Origin: Planktothrix sp. GU0601_MAG3
GTDB taxonomy: Bacteria; Cyanobacteriota; Cyanobacteriia; Cyanobacteriales; Microcoleaceae
Direction: 5' to 3'
DNA length: 64,000 bases
Assembly (NCBI GenBank): GCA_035193785.1
Contig: CP136572.1
Span: 4,244,578 to 4,308,577 of the forward strand
The notes under the pieces were generated by a model. It did no database searches. It saw only the letters and a program-made list of their open reading frames with translations, and was not told where the DNA came from. Made by a program: the position numbers and the translations under genes. Below are positions 1-10,973 of this stretch, one piece after another; the stretch's first letter is position 1, and each line of letters starts with the position of its first letter.

Positions 1-203
1 AATTTTTTAGCCTTAATTTCTAATAATTTAATTAGCTTATCTTCTTCATTTTTTCTAAAATTATCTATTTGCTTATAAGTAACATTGCCAGTTAGCAGTG
101 CCAAAATAATAATAGTCAACACCACCCATAATTCATGTCTTTTGCCACGATTTTTCCGAAAATCCTTGACTAACTTCAGTTGTTCAATTATACTGTTTAA
201 CAT
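1..203 (-). CDS. ISAs1-family transposase, N-terminal part (not in ORF track)
   Basis: Manual translation MLNSIIEQLKLVKDFRKNRGKRHELWVVLTIIILALLTG... fits the DDE_Tnp_1-associated N-terminal pattern (D.R..RG.RH.L..L). Confidence 0.8.
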   Translation of the reverse strand, partial: MLNSIIEQLKLVKDFRKNRGKRHELWVVLTIIILALLTGNVTYKQIDNFRKNEEDKLIKLLEIKAKK

Positions 204-301
204 GACTTTTTTAAAACCAAATAAAAGTGATCTCTTTTTAATTTTACTGAAAAAAGATCACTTTTATTTTCTTTTTTACCCCCGACTTTGAAAACACCCT
301 G
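1..301 (-). mobile_element. ISAs1-family insertion sequence, left end (runs off window start)
   Basis: Minus strand begins CAGGGTGTTTTCAAA at 301 (ISAs1-like terminus). Internal inverted repeat aaataaaagtgatct/agatcacttttattt at ~219-269 precedes the transposase start. Confidence 0.75.
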
Positions 302-398
302 CTTCCCAAGGGGGGGACAAGATGTTAGTAGGAATTATAGGTTAAGTTGAGGGGGGAATAAGATGTTGATCGCAATTTGTGTTAAAGAGGGCGATCGC
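302..398. repeat. Truncated copy of ~160-bp MITE-like repeat
   Basis: Near-identical to the interior of the copy at 1458-1598. Cut by the ISAs1 end on the left; homology stops at HIP1 (391-398). Confidence 0.85.
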
Positions 399-458
399 TC
401 TTTGTGTTTTCGTCAATATTAAAATTATAGGTTTTGGGGCGATATTTAAGAAATAATT

Positions 459-668
459 TCAGACATTGACTGAAAAACTCCCAGCCTCAGCATCCTTAAT
501 TGCCTGCCTTAATCTCACCAAACGCCTTTGTCTACTATCATTTTCCAACTGCATCGTAATATCTTCCAATTCCAGAGTCGCGGCTTCCATCGCTAAACGA
601 CTGCGGCGCAAATTAGCCAATAATCTCTTGGCTGTTTCAGGGTCAGGAATACGCGGTTGGCTATTCAT
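459..668 (-). CDS. Small hypothetical helical protein
   Basis: ORF; ATG at 668 overlaps the stop of the upstream gene (665-667). Confidence 0.6.
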   Translation of the reverse strand: MNSQPRIPDPETAKRLLANLRRSRLAMEAATLELEDITMQLENDSRQRRLVRLRQAIKDAEAGSFSVNV

Positions 669-1009
669 GGCAAATTCCACTCCGTTTTCACTTCTTGAAT
701 ACTCCGTTCCATTGCCGGAATTTCCATCTGGATGCGTTCAATAGATTGGTTTACTAAGTTTAGCATATCAGCCGAAATCGTGGGTTGAGACTCAGCTATG
801 CGTAACTGAAAATTAGACAACCGAGAAAACCAAGGTGCAGCACGTTCAGCCACACTTTTTAATTCATCCAGAAATGGGATTGTATCACTCGTTTCTCCAA
901 ACAGTTCAAACAGAGTCAATTCTGCGGCTGTTGCTGCATCAATAATCTCTAGTAACTGGCGTTTTAAATTCCAGATAATTTCTGCAAGTTCATTGGGAAA
1001 TTTTGCCAT
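665..1009 (-). CDS. Hypothetical helical protein (114 aa)
   Basis: ORF with GAGG/GGAG RBS upstream; coupled to the downstream gene. Confidence 0.7.
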   Translation of the reverse strand: MAKFPNELAEIIWNLKRQLLEIIDAATAAELTLFELFGETSDTIPFLDELKSVAERAAPWFSRLSNFQLRIAESQPTISADMLNLVNQSIERIQMEIPAMERSIQEVKTEWNLP

Positions 1010-1278
1010 ATTTACACATTCCTCATAACTCCTTAATTATTGTAAGTCTAATTGTAACTTACTGATTGTTTTATTTACCGTTGATAAAATTCAATTTGAC
1101 TATTTTTGGGGATGGGAAGGCGCGATCGCTTTTCACCTTACATATTGCTCAAATTAGTTGTTTTTCCTAATCATTTATTCTAACAAAATCGGAGGGCTTT
1201 TATCATGGAAAACTTGCTTATTGTCAATCGTTTCATCCCTAAATGTGCCACAAGATTAACAGCAGGTTTATCCAGAGA

Positions 1279-1437
1279 AGATCCCCCCTAGCCCCCCTTA
1301 AAAAGGGGGGGATAAGATGTTAGGAGGAATTATAGGTTAAGTTGAGGAGGGATAGGATGTTGATGGCAATTTGTGTTAAAGAGAGCGATCGCTTACTTCT
1401 TAAAGCCCCCCTTCTCAAGGGGGGTTTGGGGGGATCT
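1279..1437. repeat. Complete ~160-bp MITE-like repeat with terminal inverted repeats
   Basis: agatcccccc-tagccccc...ggggtttgggggg-atct termini with internal palindromes and a HIP1 site. Confidence 0.85.
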
Positions 1438-1457
1438 CCACTTATATTACCCGAAGA

Positions 1458-1598
1458 AGATCCCCCCTAGCCCCCCTTCCCAAGGGGGGGACAAGATGTT
1501 AGTAGGAATTATAAGTTAAGTTGAGGGGGGAATAAGATGTTGATGGTAATTTGTGTTAAAGAGGGCGATCGCTTACCTCTTAAAGCCCCCCTTCCCAA
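1458..1598. repeat. Second tandem copy of the MITE-like repeat, right end truncated
   Basis: Direct repeat of 1279-1420. Confidence 0.85.
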
Positions 1599-1627
1599 CC
1601 GACAATCAATTAGAATTTCTCGATGTT

Positions 1628-2069
1628 CTATTCTAAACCTGCGTAAGTATTTGTTGGTTCCTCCGTTGATTCTGCGATGGTGCTTTGACGTTTTTCTAAG
1701 AAAATAATTGGCTTTTGAGTGGGATCAATTCGGTTCCCTTGTTCCTGCATAATACTTTTAGTTTGCTGGGGATCAAAATAGCGAGTAAATTCTTCCCTTT
1801 CTTTGATCACTCTTTCCTCTGTCATTTTCACCTCAGCCCGAATATCCTGAAGTTTTTCCGAGGCGGAAACGATGTTGGGGCAAAATCTGAATTAAGGCAG
1901 AGAGGGCAAACGCAGATAAAACCAGATTGACACCTAACTTGACGGTCGTTTCAACCGTAAGTAAGCCCGGGTGATGAATCGGTCGCCGCCCAGAAGTTCG
2001 ACGCGCACGGGGACGGCGAGAAGGGGAAACGGATGGAATAACTTGGGGAACAGGTCGAATCACAGACAT
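1628..2069 (-). CDS. Slr1601-family membrane protein (putative cell division protein); apparent frameshift at 1866-1870
   Basis: TM segment KLGVNLVLSAFALSAL plus C-terminal FTRYFDPQQ..MQEQ; removing one base at GAAAC joins the two ORFs. Confidence 0.7.
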
Positions 2070-2320
2070 GATCTTTTCACTAACGTCACAACGCGCGGGA
2101 CACCAACAGTGGGAGCGGTTTCTAGCTTTCCCCAAAACCGGTTAAGAATTAACATCCGATGCGGATTCCTATAAAAAACTGTCCCGACACCGTTACCGAG
2201 TTAACAAACAATACTTTATCCCATTTGGGGTGAATTGTCTGCTATTTGGGCTGTTTTGTCGAGACAGATTTAGAAATTGACCCGTTACCAGTGAATTTTC
2301 ACTAATAAGTTTGAAATTTT

Positions 2321-2416
2321 CTATTTATACAGTTCGGTCGCCAAACGGAAGGCCAAAATTCCAGGGATCAAGGCAACAACCAAGGCAATATAAACCTGAG
2401 TATCTGTTAATGCCAT
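2321..2416 (-). CDS. psaM: Photosystem I subunit XII
   Basis: Manual translation MALTDTQVYIALVVALIPGILAFRLATELYK. Confidence 0.97.
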   Translation of the reverse strand: MALTDTQVYIALVVALIPGILAFRLATELYK

Positions 2417-2548
2417 TGTTGAATAGCTCCTTTCATAATTTGAGATAATCGTTAACTAATGTCAACTAATTTGGGCATTTTGGGAAGGGTATCGTAACAA
2501 AAAGTTGAAAAGGGAAAGGTATTGACGCTTAATAAGCAACGACACCCC

Positions 2549-2625
2549 ACTCCCCCTACCTCCCCTACCTCCCCTGCTCCCCCTGCCTCCCCTGCTCCCC
2601 CTGCTCCCCCTGCCCTCCCCTGCTC
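2549..2625. repeat. 9-bp short tandem repeat (ctccccctg/cctccccta)
   Basis: About 8 degenerate units; same family at 20448-20590. Confidence 0.9.
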
Positions 2626-2695
2626 AATCGGCGACAAAGATGGCAAACTCTAATATAATTTTAGATTATGACACTATAGGAATCATAAATCGTTA

Positions 2696-3394
2696 ATGTT
2701 AGATCTTGATAATGTTCTTGAATTTTCTCGAAACATAGAGTTAAATCTTCTCGTATTACTGCCGATTTTAATTGCCCTAGAAGCAGTATTATCGGCTGAT
2801 AATGCTATTGCTCTCGCTTCTATTTCCTGTGGATTGGAAGACCCAAAACTTCAAAATAAAGCCTTAAATATTGGTTTATTTTTAGCATTTATTTTACGAA
2901 TTATCTTGATTATTACTGCAACTTGGGTAATTAAATATTGGCAGTTTGAACTATTAGGAGCTTTATATTTACTTTGGTTAGTCTTCCGATATTTTTTCAA
3001 TAAAAGTCGGGAAAATAATTCAGAAGACGTTGTGCATTATCGGTCTTTTTGGCAGGTTTTACCCCTAATTGCTGTAACCGATCTTGCTTTTTCCCTAGAT
3101 AGTGTCACCGCCGCGATCGCCATTTCAGATCGAGCTTGGCTAGTAATTACAGGGGCAACTATCGGAATTATTATTTTGCGATTTATGGCGACTTTATTTA
3201 TTAAGTGGTTAAAGGAATATGTCTATTTAGAAACTGCTGGATACTTAACCGTTGGTTTAGTGGGGTTACGATTATTAGTACGGGTGATTGATTCAGCTTT
3301 AGTCCCGCCGGAATGGTTAATGGTTGTTCTCACCCTGAGTTTATTTGCTTGGGGATTTTCCCAACGAGTTGCGGATGTCCCTAAGAATAGTTAA
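2696..3394 (+). CDS. TerC-family integral membrane protein
   Basis: LEAVLSADNA and DLAFSLDSV motifs. Confidence 0.9.
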   Translation: MLDLDNVLEFSRNIELNLLVLLPILIALEAVLSADNAIALASISCGLEDPKLQNKALNIGLFLAFILRIILIITATWVIKYWQFELLGALYLLWLVFRYFFNKSRENNSEDVVHYRSFWQVLPLIAVTDLAFSLDSVTAAIAISDRAWLVITGATIGIIILRFMATLFIKWLKEYVYLETAGYLTVGLVGLRLLVRVIDSALVPPEWLMVVLTLSLFAWGFSQRVADVPKNS

Positions 3395-3440
3395 TCGTTA
3401 ACGGTTAACCAATAATTGTTAACCGCTAACAGTATTAAAA

Positions 3441-3891
3441 CTACTCAACTAACCAAGGTTTCATCGTCGATTCCCAGTTGGCTAATTCAGCATCCGTAAA
3501 CCAGAGACTAATTTCCCGTTGTGCGGTTTCAATCGCATCGGAACCATGAATAATATTCCGGCCAATACTAACCGCAAAATCTCCCCGAATTGTGCCCGGT
3601 TTCGGCGGTTAAGGGATTGGTGGCTCCAATAATTCTACGAGCAGAAGCCACAACGCCATCCCCTTCCCAGACCATGGCCACTAAGGGGCCGGAGGTAATA
3701 AAAGAGACTAAATCCTTGAAAAAGGGTCTTTCCTTGTGGATATCATAGTGGCGTTCGGCTAACTCCTGGCTGGCAATCACCAACTTCAAACCAATCAGGG
3801 TAAAGCCTTTGGCTTCAAAGCGCCCAATAATTTCTCCTACCAGTCCACGCTGGACGCCATCGGGTTTAATCGCAATAAATGTCCGTTCCAA
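3441..3891 (-). CDS. ndk: Nucleoside diphosphate kinase; apparent frameshift at 3599-3603
   Basis: [16 protein letters not shown]...; the other frame continues [10 protein letters not shown]...NIIHGSD; TTG start with AAGGAG RBS. Confidence 0.95.
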
Positions 3892-4020
3892 GGGAATCTC
3901 CTTAACTGTCATTCAAGTTCACAATTTAGATTATCGTATCCTTGGTAACAGATGACTGGTCAATCTTAACTTAACCCGCTACACTGTCTGATGGTTGCTC
4001 AATGGCAAGGATAGAAAAAG

Positions 4021-6012
4021 ATGGATGTCAATGCACTCGCCCCGAAAACCCAGACTCCCGAGGTGACTATGGAGTCCCCCCAGGTCATGGTGAAAAAGAC
4101 CTGGACAATTGAAGATAGCGAAAAACTCTATCGCATTCAGGGATGGGGTGATCCTTATTTTTCGATTAATGCCGTGGGTAATATTACGGTTTCCCCGAAA
4201 GCGAATCGAGGGGGATCTTTAGATTTATTAAAATTAGTCGAATCTCTGAAAAGTCGCAATATTGAATTACCTTTATTAATTCGTTTTCCTGATATTCTTG
4301 AAGACCGAATTGAACGATTAAATGCTTGTTTTGCTAAGGCGATCGCCCGTTATAGTTACCCAGGTGTCTATCGGGGGGTTTATCCAGTTAAATGTAATCA
4401 AGAACGGCATTTACTGGAAGATTTAGTCCGGTTTGGCAAACCCTATAATTTTGGCTTAGAAGCGGGATCAAAGCCTGAATTATTAATTGCTTTAGCCTTA
4501 TTAAAAAATTCCGATTCCCTATTAATTTGTAATGGCTATAAAGACCAAGAATATATTGATACTGCCCTTTTAGCCCAACGCTTGGGACAGACGGCGATTA
4601 TTGTTTTAGAACAAATTGAAGAAGTGAATTTAGTTATCGCCGCTAGTCAACAATTAGGGATTCGTCCGATTGTGGGAGTGCGGGCTAAATTAAGTACCCG
4701 AGGGATGGGACGTTGGGGCGGTTCCACGGGCGATCGGGCTAAATTTGGCTTAACTATTCCAGAAATTATGGAAGTAGTTGAAAAGCTGAAAAAAGCTGAA
4801 ATGTTAGACAGTTTACAACTGTTACATTTTCATATTGGTTCTCAAATTTCCTCGATTAGTGTGATTAAAGATGCCCTGCAAGAAGCTAGTCAAATTTATG
4901 TGGAATTGGCGAAAATAGGGGCAAATATGAAATATTTGGATGTGGGGGGCGGTTTAGGAGTCGATTATGATGGGTCTAAAACCAATTTCCACGCCTCTAA
5001 AAACTACAATATGCAGAATTATGCTAATGATGTTGTTGCCGAGGTTAAAGAAGCCTGTGAGGAGCGAAAATTACCAGTTCCCACATTAATTAGTGAGAGT
5101 GGACGGGCGATCGCTTCCCATCAATCGGTGTTGGTGTTTGATGTGTTGGGGAGCAGTGATATTCCGATGGCGGAACCCCCGGTAATTACTGAAAAAGATC
5201 ATCTAATTTTAAGAAATTTGGATGACACTTATCAATCTATTAATGAGGATAACTACCAAGAAGCCTATCACGATGCTACCCAATTTAAAGGGGAAGCGAT
5301 TAGTTTATTTGGATTTGGTTATTTAAGTTTAGGCGATCGCGCCAAAGCGGAAAAAATCCATTGGGCCTGTTGTCGAAAAATCTTAGAAATTGTCAGAAAT
5401 TCCGATTATATTCCCGATGAATTAGAAGACTTAGAAAAGATTATGGCTTCAATTTATTATGTGAATCTTTCTGTCTTCAAATCCGCCCCGGATACCTGGG
5501 CAATTGATCAATTATTCCCGATCATGCCGATTCATAGATTAGATGAAGAACCGACAAAACGGGCAACCTTAGCGGATTTAACCTGTGATAGTGATGGCAA
5601 AATTGATCAGTTTATTGATTTACGAGATGTGAAATATGTTTTAGAATTACATTCTTTAGAACAGAGTTCCGATTTATCTCAAAATCCCAACGAAAAACAA
5701 CCCTATTATTTGGGAATGTTTTTAGCGGGTGCTTATCAAGAAATTATGGGAAATCTGCATAATTTATTTGGAGATACAAATGTTGTTCATATTAAACTTA
5801 CTCCTCAAGGATATCAAATTGAATCCGTGATTAAAGGAGATACTATGCACGAAGTTTTGGGTTATGTTCATTATGATACGGAGGATTTAATTGAAAGTAT
5901 TCGTCGCCAGACCGAACAAGCATTAGAAAATAGTCGGATTAGTTTAGAAGAAGCTCAACTGCTATTACAAAACTATGAACGCAGTTTGCGACGTTATACT
6001 TATCTGCATTAA
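4021..6012 (+). CDS. speA: Biosynthetic arginine decarboxylase
   Basis: YPVKCNQ, GLEAGSKPEL, HFHIGSQI, TCDSDG, GAYQEIMGNLHNLFG motifs. Confidence 0.97.
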   Translation: MDVNALAPKTQTPEVTMESPQVMVKKTWTIEDSEKLYRIQGWGDPYFSINAVGNITVSPKANRGGSLDLLKLVESLKSRNIELPLLIRFPDILEDRIERLNACFAKAIARYSYPGVYRGVYPVKCNQERHLLEDLVRFGKPYNFGLEAGSKPELLIALALLKNSDSLLICNGYKDQEYIDTALLAQRLGQTAIIVLEQIEEVNLVIAASQQLGIRPIVGVRAKLSTRGMGRWGGSTGDRAKFGLTIPEIMEVVEKLKKAEMLDSLQLLHFHIGSQISSISVIKDALQEASQIYVELAKIGANMKYLDVGGGLGVDYDGSKTNFHASKNYNMQNYANDVVAEVKEACEERKLPVPTLISESGRAIASHQSVLVFDVLGSSDIPMAEPPVITEKDHLILRNLDDTYQSINEDNYQEAYHDATQFKGEAISLFGFGYLSLGDRAKAEKIHWACCRKILEIVRNSDYIPDELEDLEKIMASIYYVNLSVFKSAPDTWAIDQLFPIMPIHRLDEEPTKRATLADLTCDSDGKIDQFIDLRDVKYVLELHSLEQSSDLSQNPNEKQPYYLGMFLAGAYQEIMGNLHNLFGDTNVVHIKLTPQGYQIESVIKGDTMHEVLGYVHYDTEDLIESIRRQTEQALENSRISLEEAQLLLQNYERSLRRYTYLH

Positions 6013-6356
6013 TTTCACAAAAAGATTGTATTTTCAGATATTGGGACTTGTCTTAACTTTCACGAGTTTTTAAGTCGAGTCGAGTTTCATCTTGACACCA
6101 ATATTCCATCCAGTTTTCGGCGGGATTTTTTGTGGTAGAATCCAACCACAAATGTATCCAAACAATTCAAGAAAAGAATTTCAATTAGAAAAGATGGACG
6201 AAGCCACCTATAATGCTAATGTTAATGCTATAGATCGTTTATTAAGTTCTTCAGCAATAAGTTATTTATTGGTGGCGGCCAATAAACCAGTCGGAGTCGG
6301 TCAGGTTTAATCATCCCTAACTTATCCGGTGTAAATAATTAGCAGTTTTTTAGGAT

Positions 6357-8152
6357 ATGCAAACTCCAGTTACCCCCGACAAAACCACCAGTAATCCTCT
6401 TTCATCTTTGACTCGATTTTTGCAAGATGTTAAAATTATTGCTCAACCTTACTGGTATCCCACAGAGTTAAATGGACGGGCATTTTCCGATGTGATTTGT
6501 TTCCTGGGGGATGCTGGCTCTAATGGTTTTAAGCATAACTTTGTTAGTGAGTGTTGATGCTTTTGCCAGCTTCTGGAATCGCTATGTGTTAGATATTGTT
6601 ATTGAACAAAGAGACCTTTCTAAGTATCTTGATACCCTCTGGCTGTCTAGCTTTTTGATTGTGCTGATCACCTGTTCAGTCGCCCTGGCTCAATTTGTCA
6701 GAAAAAAAGTTGCTCTTGATTGGTATAAGTGGCTTAGTAATAATACCTTAAAACAATATTTGAGCGATCGCGCCTATTATAAAATTAATTTCACATCGGG
6801 TTTAGAAAATCCTGACCAACGTTTATCCCAAGAAATTGAACCGATTACCACCATAACCTTGAGGTTTTTAACAACCTTATTAGAAAAGAGTCTGCAAATG
6901 ATCACTTTTCTAGTTATTCTCTGGACAATTTCCCAACAAATTACTATTTATCTGGTTATCTATACTATTGCTGGTAACTTTATTGCGGTGTATTTAACCC
7001 AACAGTTGAATAAGATTAATCAGGCGGAACTTAACTCTAAAGCTCAATATAATTATGCCCTAACCCATGTGCGAGATCATGCGGAATCCATTGCTTTTTT
7101 CCGAGGAGAGGAACAGGAATCAAAAATAGTGGAGCGCAGGTTTAATAATATTCTCAAGAATGCTGAAGAAAGAATCAATTTGGAGAGATTTCAGGATCTT
7201 TTTAATCGTGGTTATCAGTCTGCAATTAGTGTTTTTTCAATGTTTATCCTGACACCAATGTTCATTCAAGATAAAATTGATTTTGGAGAAATTAGCCAAG
7301 CCAGTTTATGTTGTTTTCTCTTTTCTAACGCCTTGGGACAATTGGTAAGTGAGTGGGGAACTTCAGCAAAATTATCTAATTATATTGAGCGTTTAGCCTC
7401 CTTTTCTGATGGCTTAAAAAGGGTTAGCCTAGAACCCAAAAACCTCGGTAGGATTACAACAGTAGAGGATAACCGTTTAGCTTTTGAGAATTTTACTCTA
7501 CAAACTCCAGATTATGAGAAAGTAATTGTCGAAAATTTATCCCTATCAGTTTCCATCAGGAAAAGGTTTATTAATTGTTGGCCCTAGTGGTCGCGGTAAA
7601 AGTTCTTTACTGCGGGCGATCGCAGGTTTATGGAATGCAGGAACCGGGCGTTTAGTGCGTCCTGCCCTGGAAGAAATGTTATTTTTGCCCCAGCGTCCTT
7701 ATATTATTTTGGGGACTCTGCGTGACCAACTTCTCTATCCCCATACCACGGATCAAATTGCCGATCGAGAACTGGAAAAAATCCTAGAAAAAGTCAACCT
7801 GCAACATTTATTAACTCAAACAAATGTTTTTGATAAAGAAGTAAATTGGGAGAATATTTTATCCTTAGGAGAACAACAGCGACTAGCCTTTGCCCGAATA
7901 TTAGTGACCCGTCCCAGTTTCGCCATATTAGATGAAGCCACCAGTGCTTTAGATTTAATTAATGAAGAAAGTTTGTATCAACAATTACAGCAAACCCAGA
8001 CAACTTTTATCAGTGTAGGACATCGGGAAAGTCTATTTAATTATCATCAATGGGTACTAGAACTTGCGGAAAATTCCCGTTGGCAACTTTTGACCGTGGA
8101 GGACTACCAACAGCAAAAATTCGCGGCGATCAATCTTCTTAAAAAATCTTAA
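6357..8152 (+). CDS. mvdA: Microviridin ABC transporter; two apparent frameshifts (6499, 7549)
   Basis: NPDQRL TM domain, GPSGRGKS Walker A, LSLGEQQRLAFAR; first gene of the cluster. Confidence 0.9.
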
Positions 8153-8257
8153 ACTTCCAGATAATCAGTCTCTGTATGTTGTAATATTTTATCCTAGAGG
8201 TTGGATTAATAAATCTCTCTATTTTTTCTTAAAACTCGATTAGGATTACTATATAAT

Positions 8258-8798
8258 ATGGGTGATATTGTTACCAAACGATTACGTTTAGTGCCTTTTA
8301 AATTGCCAATTGTACAAGCGGCAATGATTGGCGATTTTGAATTAGGAAAAGTTCTGGGCGTTACAGTTATATCTGACTGGATTGATCAAGACTTTTATGA
8401 TAACTTGCCAGCAATTGCCAATATACTGCTCCAAAGTCCATTGCAAGGGGAATGGGGATGGGGAAATTTAGTGATTCAACAGGCAGAAAATACCCTGATT
8501 GGTCACGTTATGCTTAAAATTATTCCAGATACCCCCGATCCCGCAGGTTTCCCCCACAGGATCACTGGAAATTGGCTATCAAATCGCTTCCTCCTATCGA
8601 CGACGGGGATACGGATCTGAAGCGACAAAAGCAGTGTTAGACTGGGCATTTTCTCAACCTTCTGTAGAAAAAGTGACGGCCGGCTGTGATGCTGATAATA
8701 TTGCTTCCAAAAGATTACTAGAAAAAATCGGAATGCAGCACACAGAAACCCGAGCCCAAGGTCAAGTATTAGTCTGGGAATTATCGCGTTATTCTTAG
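8258..8798 (+). CDS. mvdB: Microviridin GNAT N-acetyltransferase; apparent frameshift at 8547
   Basis: EIGY...YRRRGYGSEA...NIASKRLLEKIG RimJ-type GNAT motifs; cluster position. Confidence 0.88.
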
Positions 8799-8857
8799 CT
8801 TTAAATTTCCCCTTTTTAAACACAAATTAAAATCTAAATTACGGAGAAAATAGTTCT

Positions 8858-9832
8858 ATGTCTTTGTCTCGTGATGTTGTTTTATTAATTACTCATAGTG
8901 GGGATTTTTTCACCATTGATAGGGTCATGGAAGCCCTATTAAAAAAAGGCGTGCAACCCTTTCGTTTTGATACGGATAAATTTCCCTTGAATATCCAATT
9001 AACTGCCAATTTTGGCAAATCAAAAAGCGATCATCAACTGGAATATAATGGTCATTATATTAGCACAGAACAGGTACAAGCGGTTTGGCTACGACGGATC
9101 TGGGAGCCTGATTTTCAGGAATTAGACCCCCAATATCAACAGGCTTGTGCTAAGGAATCAAAGGCAACTTTAAACGGCTTTTGGGACAGTCTGAGAGATG
9201 CTAATTGGGTTGATCATTTAGCACAAATTGAGGCAGCAAGTAATAAACTACTGCAATTACGATTAGCCTCAGAAGTGGGTTTGACTATTCCACAAACATT
9301 AATCACAAATAAAGCCGCCACCGCCCGGGAATTTTTTCAACAAGTTAACGGAAAAATGGTGAGTAAGCTATTAACTACTCTTTCTCGTAGTATGGAAAGC
9401 ACTTCTTTTTTCCTTTATACTAGCCTGGTTAAAGAGGAAGATTTACAAGATGCGGAGTCATTACGTTATTGTCCAATGGTTTTCCAAGAACAAATTTCTA
9501 AGCAACAGGAATTGCGAGTTGTTTATGTGAATGGTCAGGTATTTGTGGGGGCGTTAAATGCTTCTGTTTATGAAGATTCTACCGTGGATTGGCGTGCTCC
9601 TGGTATCGAGGTTGGTGCTTGGCAAAATCATCAACTTCCCGAAGAATTGATCTGTCGTCTTCAAACTTTTATGGGTGAATTGGGGCTGTTATTTGGAGCT
9701 TTTGATTTTATCCTCACGCCGTCGGGAGATTATGTCTTTTTAGAAGTTAATCCTGGCGGCGAATGGGGAATGCTGGAAAGGGATTTGGATTTGCCAATTT
9801 CTCAAGCGATCGCCGATACCTTGATTCCCTAA
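8858..9832 (+). CDS. mvdC: ATP-grasp ligase (omega-amide forming, MdnB homologue)
   Basis: FRFDTD, NKLLQL, FQEQI, DWR, FLEVNPGGEWG. Confidence 0.93.
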   Translation: MSLSRDVVLLITHSGDFFTIDRVMEALLKKGVQPFRFDTDKFPLNIQLTANFGKSKSDHQLEYNGHYISTEQVQAVWLRRIWEPDFQELDPQYQQACAKESKATLNGFWDSLRDANWVDHLAQIEAASNKLLQLRLASEVGLTIPQTLITNKAATAREFFQQVNGKMVSKLLTTLSRSMESTSFFLYTSLVKEEDLQDAESLRYCPMVFQEQISKQQELRVVYVNGQVFVGALNASVYEDSTVDWRAPGIEVGAWQNHQLPEELICRLQTFMGELGLLFGAFDFILTPSGDYVFLEVNPGGEWGMLERDLDLPISQAIADTLIP

Positions 9833-9864
9833 AATTCACTAATTAACCATTATTCAGGAGATTT

Positions 9865-10857
9865 ATGACGGTTTTAATTTTCACTTTCAGTAACGATAAT
9901 GAAAGTATTCCCCTGGTTGTTAAAGCTATTGAAGCCAAGGGTGAAAAAGCCTTTCGTTTTGATACCGATCGCTTTCCTACGGAAGTAAAACTTGATATTT
10001 ATTCGGGTGATTTTGAGGGGGGAATAGTTACCGATGGAGAACATAAATTAGACCTAAGTGAAGTCTCCTCGGTTTGGTATCGGCGCATGAGATATGGCGC
10101 TAAACTTCCTGATAGTATGGATCAGCAATTTCGGGAAGCATCTCTCAAAGAATGTCGCCTTACCGTCCGAGGATTAATTGCTAGTCTACCTGGTTTCCAT
10201 TTTGATCCGATGATTAATGTTGATCGGGCTAATAATAAGCAACTGCAATTACAAATTGCCCGACAATTGGGTTTATCAACTCCCCGGACTTTGACCTCAA
10301 ATAATCCCGAAGCTGTCAAACAATTTGCCCAGGATTGTAAAGAGCAAGGAATTGTTACTAAAATGCTCTCTCAATTTGCGATTTATGGTGAAAATAAAGA
10401 AGAAAATGTCGTGTTTACCAGTCCTGTAACTGATGATGATTTAGAGAATTTGGAAGGGCTAAGTTTTTGTCCGATGACTTTTCAAGAAAATATACCCAAA
10501 GCCCTAGAATTAAGGACAATTATTGTAGGAAAACAGGTATTTACTGCCGCCATTAACTCTCAACAATTAGACGGAGCTACCTATGATTGGCGGAAAGAAG
10601 GAAGGGCTTTAACTGAAAAATGGCAAGCCTATAATTTACCCGAAGATATTCAGAAAAAACTGCTGCAACTAACGGCTTATTTTGGCTTAAACTATGGAGC
10701 TATTGATATTATTGTCACCCCCGATGGTCAGCACATTTTCCTAGAAATTAATCCCGTTGGCGAGTTTTTCTGGTTAGAATTATTTGCTCCCTATTTCCCC
10801 ATTTCCCAGGCGATCGCTGAAATTCTGCTTACTCCTAGAAACCAGAAACCATCTTAG
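9865..10857 (+). CDS. mvdD: ATP-grasp ligase (omega-ester forming, MdnC homologue)
   Basis: MTVLIFTFSNDNESI start, TKMLSQFAIY, FLEINPVGEFFWL. Confidence 0.93.
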   Translation: MTVLIFTFSNDNESIPLVVKAIEAKGEKAFRFDTDRFPTEVKLDIYSGDFEGGIVTDGEHKLDLSEVSSVWYRRMRYGAKLPDSMDQQFREASLKECRLTVRGLIASLPGFHFDPMINVDRANNKQLQLQIARQLGLSTPRTLTSNNPEAVKQFAQDCKEQGIVTKMLSQFAIYGENKEENVVFTSPVTDDDLENLEGLSFCPMTFQENIPKALELRTIIVGKQVFTAAINSQQLDGATYDWRKEGRALTEKWQAYNLPEDIQKKLLQLTAYFGLNYGAIDIIVTPDGQHIFLEINPVGEFFWLELFAPYFPISQAIAEILLTPRNQKPS

Positions 10858-10973
10858 TGATTCAGGATACTTTTTTAATAAAAGTTAATCATTTGTTCTG
10901 GATTTCCCTTGACATATCCTGTTCGTCCGTAGTATCTTGGTCGCAGGTCAATATTGCAAAAGGAACTTAACTC

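Noticed and set aside
85..291. 68-aa plus-strand ORF and other short antisense ORFs in the track
   Set aside because: Shadow ORFs opposite recognisable genes (here the ISAs1 transposase).
2080..2200. 6S RNA or a known riboswitch
   Set aside because: I could not match the conserved motifs of those families; kept only as an unnamed structured leader.
2452..2646. Gly/Ala-rich 64-aa ORF
   Set aside because: Read-through of the 9-bp tandem repeat.
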